From: an uncultured Chloracidobacterium sp.
GTDB taxonomy: Bacteria; Acidobacteriota; Blastocatellia; Pyrinomonadales; Pyrinomonadaceae
Length of the DNA stretch: 64,000 nt
Assembly (NCBI GenBank): GCA_964543865.1
Contig: CAZIZR010000010.1
Coordinates: 15,111 to 79,110, forward strand
Direction of reading: 5' to 3'
Positions 20,407-29,048 of the stretch are shown one piece after another (position 1 is the first letter of the stretch; every line of letters starts with the position of its first letter). A program made the position numbers and the translations under genes. The notes beneath the pieces were generated by a model. The model had not been told where the DNA came from. It saw only the letters and a list, made by a program, of their open reading frames with translations, and ran no database searches.

Positions 20407-20687
20407 TAAGATTACCTACGCAATAAATTGTTGTTTAGTTTAATACAATTTCGGACACAAAAAAAGATTTCGATGTAGCTAGATACTCAGATTTAGATGT
20501 GCGCAGGCGGCATAAAGTTTTACGCAAATCGTTTTTCGATCACCATTAAGCTTTCAACACTTGGCTCACAATCTTTTCGTTCGTTAACTTAGTGATTGAC
20601 CCTTTCTTCAACTATAACTACAATTTATTAAATCTCAATTACCGCTCGAACGAGCATTGTGTCCCAATAGCTTTTAGGAGAAAACCA

Positions 20688-23600
20688 ATGTCCCTGAGTA
20701 TCCGCAAGAGTCTAACCATTATCGGTGTATTATTTGCTTGTGCCGTGTTTTTCGCAGGAAATTTTGGCCCGATATCACGCGCGAGCAAAGCGTTGCCGCA
20801 GACGGTTACCGCCAGCAGTAATGTCGGCTGCCAAGTTCCGTCACCCAGGCTAGCGGTCGAGTTGATGTCTTCGAATGCAAATTACGCGGGTAACAAAGAC
20901 AGCCTCGTCTCGACGTATTTAAGGTCTAAGGCCGCTGATCCTAAGGTCGCTGGAGCAACAGCTTTCATGCCGCCGACAGTTCTCGCATTAGGCGATATTG
21001 CTTTTACAGGTGTGATCGGTCGCGGAACGACACCGGCGACAGATGCTTTTTCATTCGTATTTTTGGTACCTGTTGATGTAGGAACGACGATCAAATTTAC
21101 AGATTACGGTTGGCGAAATCCAAATTTCAGTTCTGGTGGTGCTGCCACTGAGACTGAGGTGACCTTGGTGACCTCATCAGCATATCCGGCGGGTACTGAG
21201 GTTAAGATCGAAAATTTAAGCGCCACGCTTGTCGGCGGAGCTTCCGCAGGCACCTTAACATTTACGAGCGGCACCGCTCCTGATGGAAGTGCATTTGCCG
21301 CACCGCCATTTAGCTTAAACGGGACAAGTGGCGATCAGATATTTGCTTATCAGGGCTCGATGGCAAGCCCAACCTTTATCGCAGGGCTTCATTGGAATGT
21401 CTACAGAACTTCAGGTGGCGATCCAACGGACACCACTGATGCAGCCTGGGACGGAGTATTGAGCGGAAGTTTTGTGCAAGCGTCGACATCGGCAAGGCCA
21501 ACGGGACTTACGTCCAGTTCCTTGTGGATGCGTTCGACGACGGACGCGGCTGACCCTGAAAAAGGAAACGGAAGATTTCTCTGCGGCCCGGCTGTCAATA
21601 CCGCTGCAGCGGCGAGGACCGCGCTGACAACGCTCGCCAATTGGACCGTCAATGATACAAATGAACCGGTCGGATTTGCGTTGCCCACCGGGTGTAATTA
21701 TCTGGGAGTATTGTCTTCACCACCTACTATCACTGCTGACCCTTCCCCGAGCACAATATGTGACGGAACGGGAACCTCTTTCTCGATCACAGCGACGGCC
21801 GCTGTGAGCTATCAATGGCAGGTCAACACTGGTTCGGGCTTTGTAAATGTTACCGATACCCCAGTAAATCCTGGGCCGGGAGCCACTGTATTTTCCGGAG
21901 CGTTGACCCCGACGCTGACCATAACAAATGCCACAGCCGCGATGAGCGGATGGATTTATCGCGGTACGGCGACCAACGGTAATGGAACTGTGAATTCCAA
22001 CGGGGCGACGCTAACAGTCACTGCTCTGCCGGTTAATCCGACCCTGTCAGCTAAAACGCCTTCGACGGTTTCGGTGGCGGATGGTACACCCGTGAGCGCG
22101 ACCTTTACCGCTGGCAGCGGCGGCACATCATGTACGGACGACTATCGTTACACAGTGAACGGCGGGGCGAGCTATCTGCCTTACACTCCCGGTGCAAACA
22201 TCAGCACAACCGGACTGGCCGCAGGTTCGGGCTTTGTGTTCATCGAGGGCCGAAGGGCGGGCTGCGCATCGGCCTGTCAAAACGGCTATGTGGTTTTAGC
22301 CGCATGGTACGTGACGCCTCTCCCGGCTGGGGCAACGACTCTTAACGCGGGTGATATAGCATTTAGCGGATATGCATCGAGTTACAATACTGCCGCAGAA
22401 GACAATTTTTCATTTGTTTTGTTAAAAAACATCGGCCCGGGAACGACCATTAACTTTACTGACAATGGATGGTTGAGCACCAATGTTCTGCAAACCGGTG
22501 AAACTACGGTCACATGGACAAGCAACGCTGCATACCCGGCCGGAACCGAGATCAAGATCAACCAACTGACCGCAACGTTGGCCGCGGGTGGGTCTGCGGG
22601 CACCGTTACAGGTTCGGCATTAAGCCTGATTTCCAGCGGAGACCAGATCCTGGCGTATCGCGGACCAGCTGCCTCGCCGACATTTATCAGCGGAATTCAC
22701 ATGAATGTGTACACGACTGCCAACGGCGATCCAGTCACGACGACGGCGGCCGAATGGGACGGGACAGCCAATACGCCAAACAGCAGCGCGTTGCCCCCAG
22801 GCTTGACGACTGGTGTTAACGCTATTTGGATCGGCACGCAGGGCGATATCAATTCTGAGTATTCCAATGGAAAATATGGCACGTGTCTGATCCCTGCAAC
22901 GTTCGGCGACACTACGATCCTGCGTACTGCTCTGAACAACCAGGATAACTGGTTAAAAGATGACACGCTTCCGCCGGTATTCAATCTACCGACGGGCTGT
23001 GTTTATTTCGGTTTGGGAACACCGCCGTCGATAACTGCCGATCCGTCGACTAGTACGATATGTGAGGGAACAAATACCAGCTTTACCTCTACCGCTAATG
23101 GCGCTCTGAGCTATCAATGGCAGATCGATGCCGATGGCGCTGGAGGTGGGGGCTTTGTCAATGTTACCGATAACACTACCTATTTAGGGGCAACAACAAC
23201 CACTCTCAACATCAATGCCGCGCCGCTTGGCCTAAATGGCGCCTTATATCGAATGGTCGCTACAAATGTCTCGGGCCCGACAAATTCTAACAGCGCTTTA
23301 CTGACAGTGAATCCAAAACCGATAAATCCGTCGGTTTCAGCAAAACTACCCGCGGCGCCGTCCGTTGTTGACGGCACGCCGGTCAGCTCCACGTTCAATG
23401 CGGGCAGCGGAGGAACCGGCTGTCTCGATGACTATCGCTTTACAACGAACGGCGGCATCTCCTATTTAACCTATACACCCGGAACTAACATTAGTACTAC
23501 TGGAGTAGCAGCGGGCAGTGGTTTTGTCGTCATCGAGGGACGCCGTGCTGCTTGCTCTTCATCATGCCAGTCCTCCTACACTGTCATGGCATCGTGGGTG

Positions 23601-25259
23601 GTCACTCCGGGCCCCGCAGCCGCAACGACACTCGCAGCGGGAGACATCGCCTTTAGCGGCTACACTTCGCAGTCCGCGGCGGATGATTTTTCGTTTGTCC
23701 TACTAAAAGCAGTCGGAGCCGGCACGGCTATTAATTTTACGGATAACGGCTGGCTGTCAACAAATGTATTCCGGACAGGTGAGCAGAATATCACTTGGAC
23801 CGCTCCAGCCGGCGGACTCGCCGCGGGTACGGAAATAAAGATCGCCGGCCTCGCTGTTACCAAGGCAGGCGGTGGTGCGGCCGGTACCGTGACGGGAACG
23901 GCTCTGTCGCTGATAACCGCCGGCGATCAGATCCTTGCATTTCAAGGAGCTGTAGGCTCACCCACGTTTATAAGTGCTATCCACATGAACGTATATAGCA
24001 CTACAAATGGCGACCCTGTAACAACGACCGCAGCCGCATGGGACGGCACCGCGGATACCACAAGCAGCAGTGCATTGCCTCCGGGACTAACGACAGGCGT
24101 AAATGCCATATGGATAGGTACACAAGGGGTGCCATCTTCGGAATATAACAATGCGAAATACGGCACGTGCAGTTCCCCGGCAATGCAGGGGCCGCCCGCG
24201 ACGCTTCGTGCGTCATTGAACAATCAGGCCAACTGGGATCGAGACAACAGCGTTCCGCCCAACTTCACTTTGCCGACAGGCTGTGCGTACCTATTCTTTG
24301 GAAGTTCGCCCGTAGCCAATGCCGACACGGGTTCAACATTGAGCGAAGACGGTGCTAATGGCACAATAAACGTCTTAACGAACGACACAGATCCGGACGG
24401 TAATCCGGCCGCACCGGTAAATGGTGCGGGTCAGTTTACGGTTGATCTGGATACAGCGACGGCGGGCATCCAGACGACGCTGACAAATGCTCAGGGTTCG
24501 TGGACGCTGGCTAACGCGACAGGCATAGTAACCTACGACCCGGCTAACAACTTTAACGGGACCGGAACACTCACATATACACTCTGCGATGCAAATCAAT
24601 TCTGCAGCAACGCAAATATTACGTTCCAGGTCGCGGCGGTCAATGACGCACCGTCGTTTGTAAAAGGAGCCGATCAGACTAGATTTAAGAATGATCCGGC
24701 GCAGACGGTCAACGGATGGGCAACGTCCATTTCCGCGGGGCCGCCTGACGAAGCCGGACAGGCACTTAATTTTATTGTGACAAACAATAATAATCCACTG
24801 TTTTCGGCACAGCCCGCTGTCTCTAATACAGGCGTGCTGACATACACACCGGCTAACGGACAAAGCGGCACGGCCGTCGTCTCAGTCTCGCTACAGGATA
24901 GTGGGGGCACAGCGGGCGGAGGCGTAAATACATCTGCGATCCAGACGTTCAACATTTCGATATCGGTTCTGACTGCTGCCGACGTATCAATTGCCGGCCG
25001 TATTTTGACGGTCGAGGGACGTGGCATCAGAGGGGCACAGATAACCGTTACCGGCAATTCGCTTGCGGCACCGATCACTGTCAGGGCGGGCGTCAACGGA
25101 ACATATCGGGTTGACGGCCTGACCGCCGGAGAAACTTATGTCGTTACCGTTCAGGCGCGGCGGTTCACTTTCGACACCCCAAGCCGTGTCTTAAATTTGA
25201 CCGACAACGTCATCGACGCCGACTTCGTCAGCAACCCCATACCACCAAACCCCCAATAG
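20688..25259 (+). CDS. Giant secreted adhesin-like protein with three ~435-aa repeated modules, Ig-like and cadherin/VCBS-like segments, and a CarboxypepD_reg tail
   Basis: RBS aggag lies 7 nt before ATG 20688, followed by a signal peptide. Repeated GDIAFSGY...FSFVLLK..G.TINFTDNGWL and PPSITADPS.STICEGT...SYQWQ blocks. VNDAPSF segment. C-terminal IAGRILTVEGRGIRGAQITV. Confidence 0.75.
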   Translation: MSLSIRKSLTIIGVLFACAVFFAGNFGPISRASKALPQTVTASSNVGCQVPSPRLAVELMSSNANYAGNKDSLVSTYLRSKAADPKVAGATAFMPPTVLALGDIAFTGVIGRGTTPATDAFSFVFLVPVDVGTTIKFTDYGWRNPNFSSGGAATETEVTLVTSSAYPAGTEVKIENLSATLVGGASAGTLTFTSGTAPDGSAFAAPPFSLNGTSGDQIFAYQGSMASPTFIAGLHWNVYRTSGGDPTDTTDAAWDGVLSGSFVQASTSARPTGLTSSSLWMRSTTDAADPEKGNGRFLCGPAVNTAAAARTALTTLANWTVNDTNEPVGFALPTGCNYLGVLSSPPTITADPSPSTICDGTGTSFSITATAAVSYQWQVNTGSGFVNVTDTPVNPGPGATVFSGALTPTLTITNATAAMSGWIYRGTATNGNGTVNSNGATLTVTALPVNPTLSAKTPSTVSVADGTPVSATFTAGSGGTSCTDDYRYTVNGGASYLPYTPGANISTTGLAAGSGFVFIEGRRAGCASACQNGYVVLAAWYVTPLPAGATTLNAGDIAFSGYASSYNTAAEDNFSFVLLKNIGPGTTINFTDNGWLSTNVLQTGETTVTWTSNAAYPAGTEIKINQLTATLAAGGSAGTVTGSALSLISSGDQILAYRGPAASPTFISGIHMNVYTTANGDPVTTTAAEWDGTANTPNSSALPPGLTTGVNAIWIGTQGDINSEYSNGKYGTCLIPATFGDTTILRTALNNQDNWLKDDTLPPVFNLPTGCVYFGLGTPPSITADPSTSTICEGTNTSFTSTANGALSYQWQIDADGAGGGGFVNVTDNTTYLGATTTTLNINAAPLGLNGALYRMVATNVSGPTNSNSALLTVNPKPINPSVSAKLPAAPSVVDGTPVSSTFNAGSGGTGCLDDYRFTTNGGISYLTYTPGTNISTTGVAAGSGFVVIEGRRAACSSSCQSSYTVMASWVVTPGPAAATTLAAGDIAFSGYTSQSAADDFSFVLLKAVGAGTAINFTDNGWLSTNVFRTGEQNITWTAPAGGLAAGTEIKIAGLAVTKAGGGAAGTVTGTALSLITAGDQILAFQGAVGSPTFISAIHMNVYSTTNGDPVTTTAAAWDGTADTTSSSALPPGLTTGVNAIWIGTQGVPSSEYNNAKYGTCSSPAMQGPPATLRASLNNQANWDRDNSVPPNFTLPTGCAYLFFGSSPVANADTGSTLSEDGANGTINVLTNDTDPDGNPAAPVNGAGQFTVDLDTATAGIQTTLTNAQGSWTLANATGIVTYDPANNFNGTGTLTYTLCDANQFCSNANITFQVAAVNDAPSFVKGADQTRFKNDPAQTVNGWATSISAGPPDEAGQALNFIVTNNNNPLFSAQPAVSNTGVLTYTPANGQSGTAVVSVSLQDSGGTAGGGVNTSAIQTFNISISVLTAADVSIAGRILTVEGRGIRGAQITVTGNSLAAPITVRAGVNGTYRVDGLTAGETYVVTVQARRFTFDTPSRVLNLTDNVIDADFVSNPIPPNPQ

Positions 25260-25340
25260 GATCATTGGGCATTTTTTCAAAGAGGCTGTCGGTCACCCGT
25301 CAGCCTCTTTTTTATTTCAGAGCATCACACAAAAAGCTCT

Positions 25341-25713
25341 GGGCAGAAACGCGACCGTAAAGAAGCGTGCTTGTCTCCGACCCTAGGCAGAAACGCGACC
25401 GTAAGGAAGCGTGCTGACCGCGGATTGTTTTTACGAACCGTCGGAGACGGTAAAAATATTTGTAGCCCACATCGCAAGATGTGGGTACGGACAAAAACGT
25501 TTGCGTCCGAACCGTCGGAGACGGTGACATAAAGGATCTACAAATACGAATATATGCCGCCGTCGCTGACGGCTCGGGCGATCGATATACCCTAGTCTCC
25601 CACAGTTCGCACTGTGGGCTACAAATATCGCGTCGGCCTCCGCCGACTCAAGCCTCACCGCCTTGCAAAACAGCTTGGATCAGCACGCTCGTTCACACCT
25701 AGCGTTTCTGCCC
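25341..25713. repeat. Nested repeat cluster: R2 left halves (25341, 25386), hairpin-TIR MITE (25459..25625), R2 right half (25683..25713)
   Basis: ggcagaaacgcgaccgtaaRgaagcgtgc occurs twice. tttgtagcccacatcgcaagatgtggg (25459..25485) pairs with cccacagttcgcactgtgggctacaaa (25599..25625). gcacgctcgttcacacctagcgtttctgccc lies at 25683. Confidence 0.7.
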
Positions 25714-25856
25714 ATCGTCCGGACGGCTCTGCCGCATACGCACTGCGGCGAGGGTTCTGGCGTCTGAGCCCGCCAGTGTTGCGGGAACGCCGCAACGAGC
25801 CTCGACGGGACGCTCCCCAAAGAAATAACTAGGAGGGCTACGCCTCCGCTCAAAAC

Positions 25857-25883
25857 AAAAAAACCTCCATCTAAAGATGGAGG
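25857..25883 (-). terminator. Rho-independent terminator of the 25980..26597 gene
   Basis: On the - strand: cctccatc-ttta-gatggagg followed by TTTTTTT. Confidence 0.8.
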
Positions 25884-25979
25884 CAATTGACCGTTTTTCA
25901 TTGTCCACTTTCAATTATCAGTTTTCAGTTTTCAGTTATCAGTTTCCTATTTCCTGTTCACTGTTCACTGTTCACTATT

Positions 25980-26597
25980 TCAGATCGCCCCATAAACCAC
26001 AGCGACGTTCGAAAAGTTTGACACGGACCGTGCCGCGACAGCTCTGACCTTGTACATATAGTATTGGCCGGGCTGGACCGGCGTATCGGTCAGACGCTGG
26101 CGGCGTGTGGTCAAGTGCAGATACCAATCGACCGTGTCGCCGTGACGACGCCAGATCTCGTATATCACACGGCCCGGACGATTGTTGCCGTCAAACCGTA
26201 TCGTGTTCACCCCGTTCGAATAGCCAAAGGCCGACATATTGGTCGGGTCCTGTGCCATATACCGCGTCAATACCAGATCAGGGTAATCAAACCCGGCCTT
26301 GACCCACTCTTTTTCCGGTGCATCGCTTGCCAGCAGCGTGTCGCGAACCTTTTTCAGCAAAGCTGTCACCAGCCGCCGCGTATCGCGTTTTGCACTGACC
26401 GCCGCTCTGCGGTCATCCTCAGCAACCGTCGCCGCAAGTGTCTGCGTCTCAAGCGTCGCCGGCAAAGTGCCAAACTCAGCCGTGAGCGAAGTCTTGACCG
26501 CAGCATCGACCGCCGCCATACCTCCGCCGCCGAGCAACGAAACAACGTTGGCGGCAAACCCCGCCAGATCCAGATCGCCTAATTTTCTAAAATCCAT
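25980..26597 (-). CDS. Hypothetical protein, helical N-terminal half plus FN3-like C-terminal domain
   Basis: 205-aa ORF with host-like GC. C-terminus YEIWRRHGD...PGQYYMYKVRAVAARSVSNFSNV resembles a fibronectin type III fold signature. Has its own terminator. Confidence 0.45.
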   Translation of the reverse strand: MDFRKLGDLDLAGFAANVVSLLGGGGMAAVDAAVKTSLTAEFGTLPATLETQTLAATVAEDDRRAAVSAKRDTRRLVTALLKKVRDTLLASDAPEKEWVKAGFDYPDLVLTRYMAQDPTNMSAFGYSNGVNTIRFDGNNRPGRVIYEIWRRHGDTVDWYLHLTTRRQRLTDTPVQPGQYYMYKVRAVAARSVSNFSNVAVVYGAI

Positions 26598-26745
26598 TTT
26601 GTGTATCTCCTTTTTCTATTGTGATATTTGATATAAGAAACAGACATGTCCATTTCCAAAACAAACATAGCATTAACATATCTCATCTGTCAAGCTCCGT
26701 TTCATAGATAATACATAAAAGAAACACAACAAAAACTGACAAAAC

Positions 26746-26940
26746 TGCGCAATTTCCCTCAAAATTGCGCAATTTTCCCGCAAAACGATATAAAACATTC
26801 GTATTATTGCGCAATTTTCCGGCGGAATTATATCGTTTCTCTGAAAAATTGCGCAATTTTCGGCCAAAATGATATTAAATCGCTAAAAAATTGCGCAAAA
26901 AACCGAAAAAATTGCGCAATTTTCCCGATAAATTGCGCAA
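26746..26940. repeat. Phased array of 7 TTGCGCAA palindromes (iteron/operator/centromere-like)
   Basis: GCGC cores at 26747, 26767, 26809, 26851, 26893, 26914 and 26935, giving spacings of 20, 42, 42, 42, 21 and 21 bp. Most sites extend to aaaattgcgcaattttc. A CGATATA-type motif sits at the midpoint of each 42-bp unit. Confidence 0.85.
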
Positions 26941-27050
26941 TTTTTCGATGATTTTGTACTCGTACTTTTGGGGAATTTACACTTTGGGGCTGTATTTAAC
27001 TACTAACAAGCGAGTTTCGGTCATAATAGAAAAGCCCCGATTTAAATATG

Positions 27051-27078
27051 TTTCAGGCCGCTCGAAAGCGGCCTGAAA
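27051..27078. terminator. Bidirectional-type stem-loop downstream of the DUF2188 gene
   Basis: tttcaggccgct-cgaa-agcggcctgaaa, 10 nt after the stop at 27089. Confidence 0.55.
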
Positions 27079-27088
27079 GCTCTACCGA

Positions 27089-27313
27089 TTAGCCTTTCGG
27101 CGGATACGGATCGTTGCCGTGACTATCAGAACTCTGAATTCGACCATTCATTCCATGAATGACAAACTCGCTGCCCTGATTACGACTGATCTCACGTCCG
27201 ATATCGACCGCTTCGCGCTTGGTATCTGTTACAACAGAAGCCCGCTCGGAACCGCCTCGCCTAACCGCCCATCCTTCTGGATGAGGTACAACATGATGTG
27301 TCTTACGACTCAT
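27089..27313 (-). CDS. DUF2188-like small protein
   Basis: HHVVPHPEGWAVRRGGSERASVVTDTKREAVDIGREISRNQGSEFVIHGMNGRI. RBS aaggagg upstream. Confidence 0.7.
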   Translation of the reverse strand: MSRKTHHVVPHPEGWAVRRGGSERASVVTDTKREAVDIGREISRNQGSEFVIHGMNGRIQSSDSHGNDPYPPKG

Positions 27314-27584
27314 AATGGCAATCCTGCCTCCTTATTACGTGTATTTTTGCGTTGACAGGAGACCGGCAGGCGAGATATTCTTTCGAAGGTAACACCGTCT
27401 GTGGCCTCCAAGCCAACAGATTATGAAGAGGCTGAGTTCGCGAGACTCGGCCTTTTCACGTATAGGTTATATGGTTGCCCTCGCGAAAGTCAATACTTTA
27501 TCTTGTGGTTTTGAAAAAAGTCTTTAATCCCTCTAATTGCAGCATTTAAATGACTTAGCGCGACGTAAAACTTTAGGGAACACC

Positions 27585-29048
27585 TCAATTTGACGATTCT
27601 AAAGCCTCTTTGAGAGCGACTTGAAGCAGGCGATCGGCGTTTTCGATGCCTTGTTTGATGTTTGCTTCCAGTTCGTCGCAAAACTTCATTAGCTTTTCCA
27701 GCTTGGCGACAATCCTTTCTTGTTCGTTTAGTGGCGGAAGTGGAATCGCGTATTTCGATAAAGCCCTTCCGGTGAGATGTTGAATTCCTCCGCCCGTGAA
27801 ATAGTTCGTTAATCTTTTGCTGTTAGCATCGCACAAAAGGCAATAGTAGAGGTATTCGCTTTGCAACGCTCGCTTGTTTGTCCGAACTCGATGCACGGCT
27901 TTTTGAATCTTAATTGGTTGATCGCCTTTCCAAATTGCGGCCCGTCCGGGTTCGCCGCCTTCACAGATTATAAGATCTCCGAAATAGGCTGAATATTTTT
28001 CGTCTTCATCCGGCGTAAACCTCATTTCCTTCAAATCAGACAAATCGAAGCTTCCCCATCGAACATTTACATTTCGTAAATATGGTTGTAATTCGCCCTT
28101 GTTTTTAACTTGGTCAAGCATCTTTCCAAGGCACATTTCGGCTAGATTCCCCAATCGACACCAAACCCAATTTGAAGGGATCTCAAACAGAAGTTCTTCG
28201 GGATTGATCGGCAGTAGAGGTTTGTCTCGTTTGATGCGTTTTTCGGCAATGAGTTTTTCTTTTTCGGACTTTATCTTTTCGAGCAGGATTTCCGCCGGTT
28301 CGTCGGTTGGATCTGGCGGAACGAGCTTTCCTTGCATCGCTTCCCGCAAATACGCTTGCCGAAGCTCTTTGACCAAAGCCAACTGGTGATCGAGTTCGGT
28401 CGAGACTCGGATAATACTTTGTTCCTTGCTGAACAAGGCTTTAAGTTGCTGCGAACAGCCATTGAAAAACTCAGTAGTAGGAATTTTCTTGTTTGCAAAA
28501 ATAGTGTCGAAGTACGCTGATACGCGAAAAGACTCCTCTTTCGAGATCGCAGGAATTTCGAGTTCTCTATATTTTTTCCTTGAAAAATGGCCATGAGTAG
28601 ATGTCTTGATTATGGCCTTGAAATTATTCAGATAAAGGCTCAAATAATAGATGTATCGAGATGAAAAATCTGAATCGAATCTTACTTTCCAAAGGTTCTG
28701 ATTTAACAAGGCTGGTAACACTTCCTTTGAAACCAGTCCGACCTTACCGAGACTTCCACCAACCATTACGATAAGTACATCATCTTCTTTGATAGCAAAA
28801 TTTGATAATTCCTGAATTAGCTTTTCATCGTTTACAAATTTCCTATCATTCTCAGAATCAATTGAACCGTCCGGCTTGATATTCGTAACCCTCAAAACAA
28901 AGCAACCGTCCGTTGTATATTGATGACTCTTAAACGCATAACCGCCTTCAACATCGAAGTCATCTTCGTAGAGCTTCGTTCCACATTTGTTATACAAATA
29001 TTCAAAGACAATTCTTAGTGTTGTGAGAGTTAATTCGTCGTTATACAT
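27585..29048 (-). CDS. hsdS: Type I restriction-modification specificity subunit HsdS (two target-recognition domains)
   Basis: Central conserved helix QLALVKELRQAYLREAMQGKLV and C-terminal LPPLNEQERIVAKLEKLMKFCDELE. 8-nt overlap with hsdM. Confidence 0.9.
   Translation of the reverse strand: MYNDELTLTTLRIVFEYLYNKCGTKLYEDDFDVEGGYAFKSHQYTTDGCFVLRVTNIKPDGSIDSENDRKFVNDEKLIQELSNFAIKEDDVLIVMVGGSLGKVGLVSKEVLPALLNQNLWKVRFDSDFSSRYIYYLSLYLNNFKAIIKTSTHGHFSRKKYRELEIPAISKEESFRVSAYFDTIFANKKIPTTEFFNGCSQQLKALFSKEQSIIRVSTELDHQLALVKELRQAYLREAMQGKLVPPDPTDEPAEILLEKIKSEKEKLIAEKRIKRDKPLLPINPEELLFEIPSNWVWCRLGNLAEMCLGKMLDQVKNKGELQPYLRNVNVRWGSFDLSDLKEMRFTPDEDEKYSAYFGDLIICEGGEPGRAAIWKGDQPIKIQKAVHRVRTNKRALQSEYLYYCLLCDANSKRLTNYFTGGGIQHLTGRALSKYAIPLPPLNEQERIVAKLEKLMKFCDELEANIKQGIENADRLLQVALKEALESSN

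Noticed and set aside
24375-25096. 162-aa and 140-aa minus-strand ORFs inside the adhesin gene
   Set aside because: These are shadow frames. The + strand frame has a clear repeated domain architecture.
25312-25914. Cluster of 71-75 aa ORFs on both strands
   Set aside because: They lie entirely within REP/MITE-like repeats and overlap one another, which is typical of spurious ORFs in GC-rich repeats.
26673-26867. 64-aa ORF on the minus strand (ENCAI repeats)
   Set aside because: It is simply the palindrome array read as protein, with no RBS and repetitive sequence.
26746-26940. CRISPR array or chromosomal oriC
   Set aside because: The repeats are ~17-20 bp palindromes at 21/42 bp spacing. 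The intervening segments are themselves repeated, so they are not spacers. I saw no TTATCCACA-type DnaA boxes, and dnaA/dnaN are not adjacent.
27428-27456. Terminator of the hsd operon
   Set aside because: The stem ggctgagt..actcggcc exists, but its T-run is on the + strand, which has no upstream gene. The minus-strand side lacks a U-tract, so the assignment is too uncertain to list.
27585-29048. Phase-variable hsdS shufflon
   Set aside because: There is only one hsdS copy, with no inverted partial hsdS genes and no recombinase nearby.
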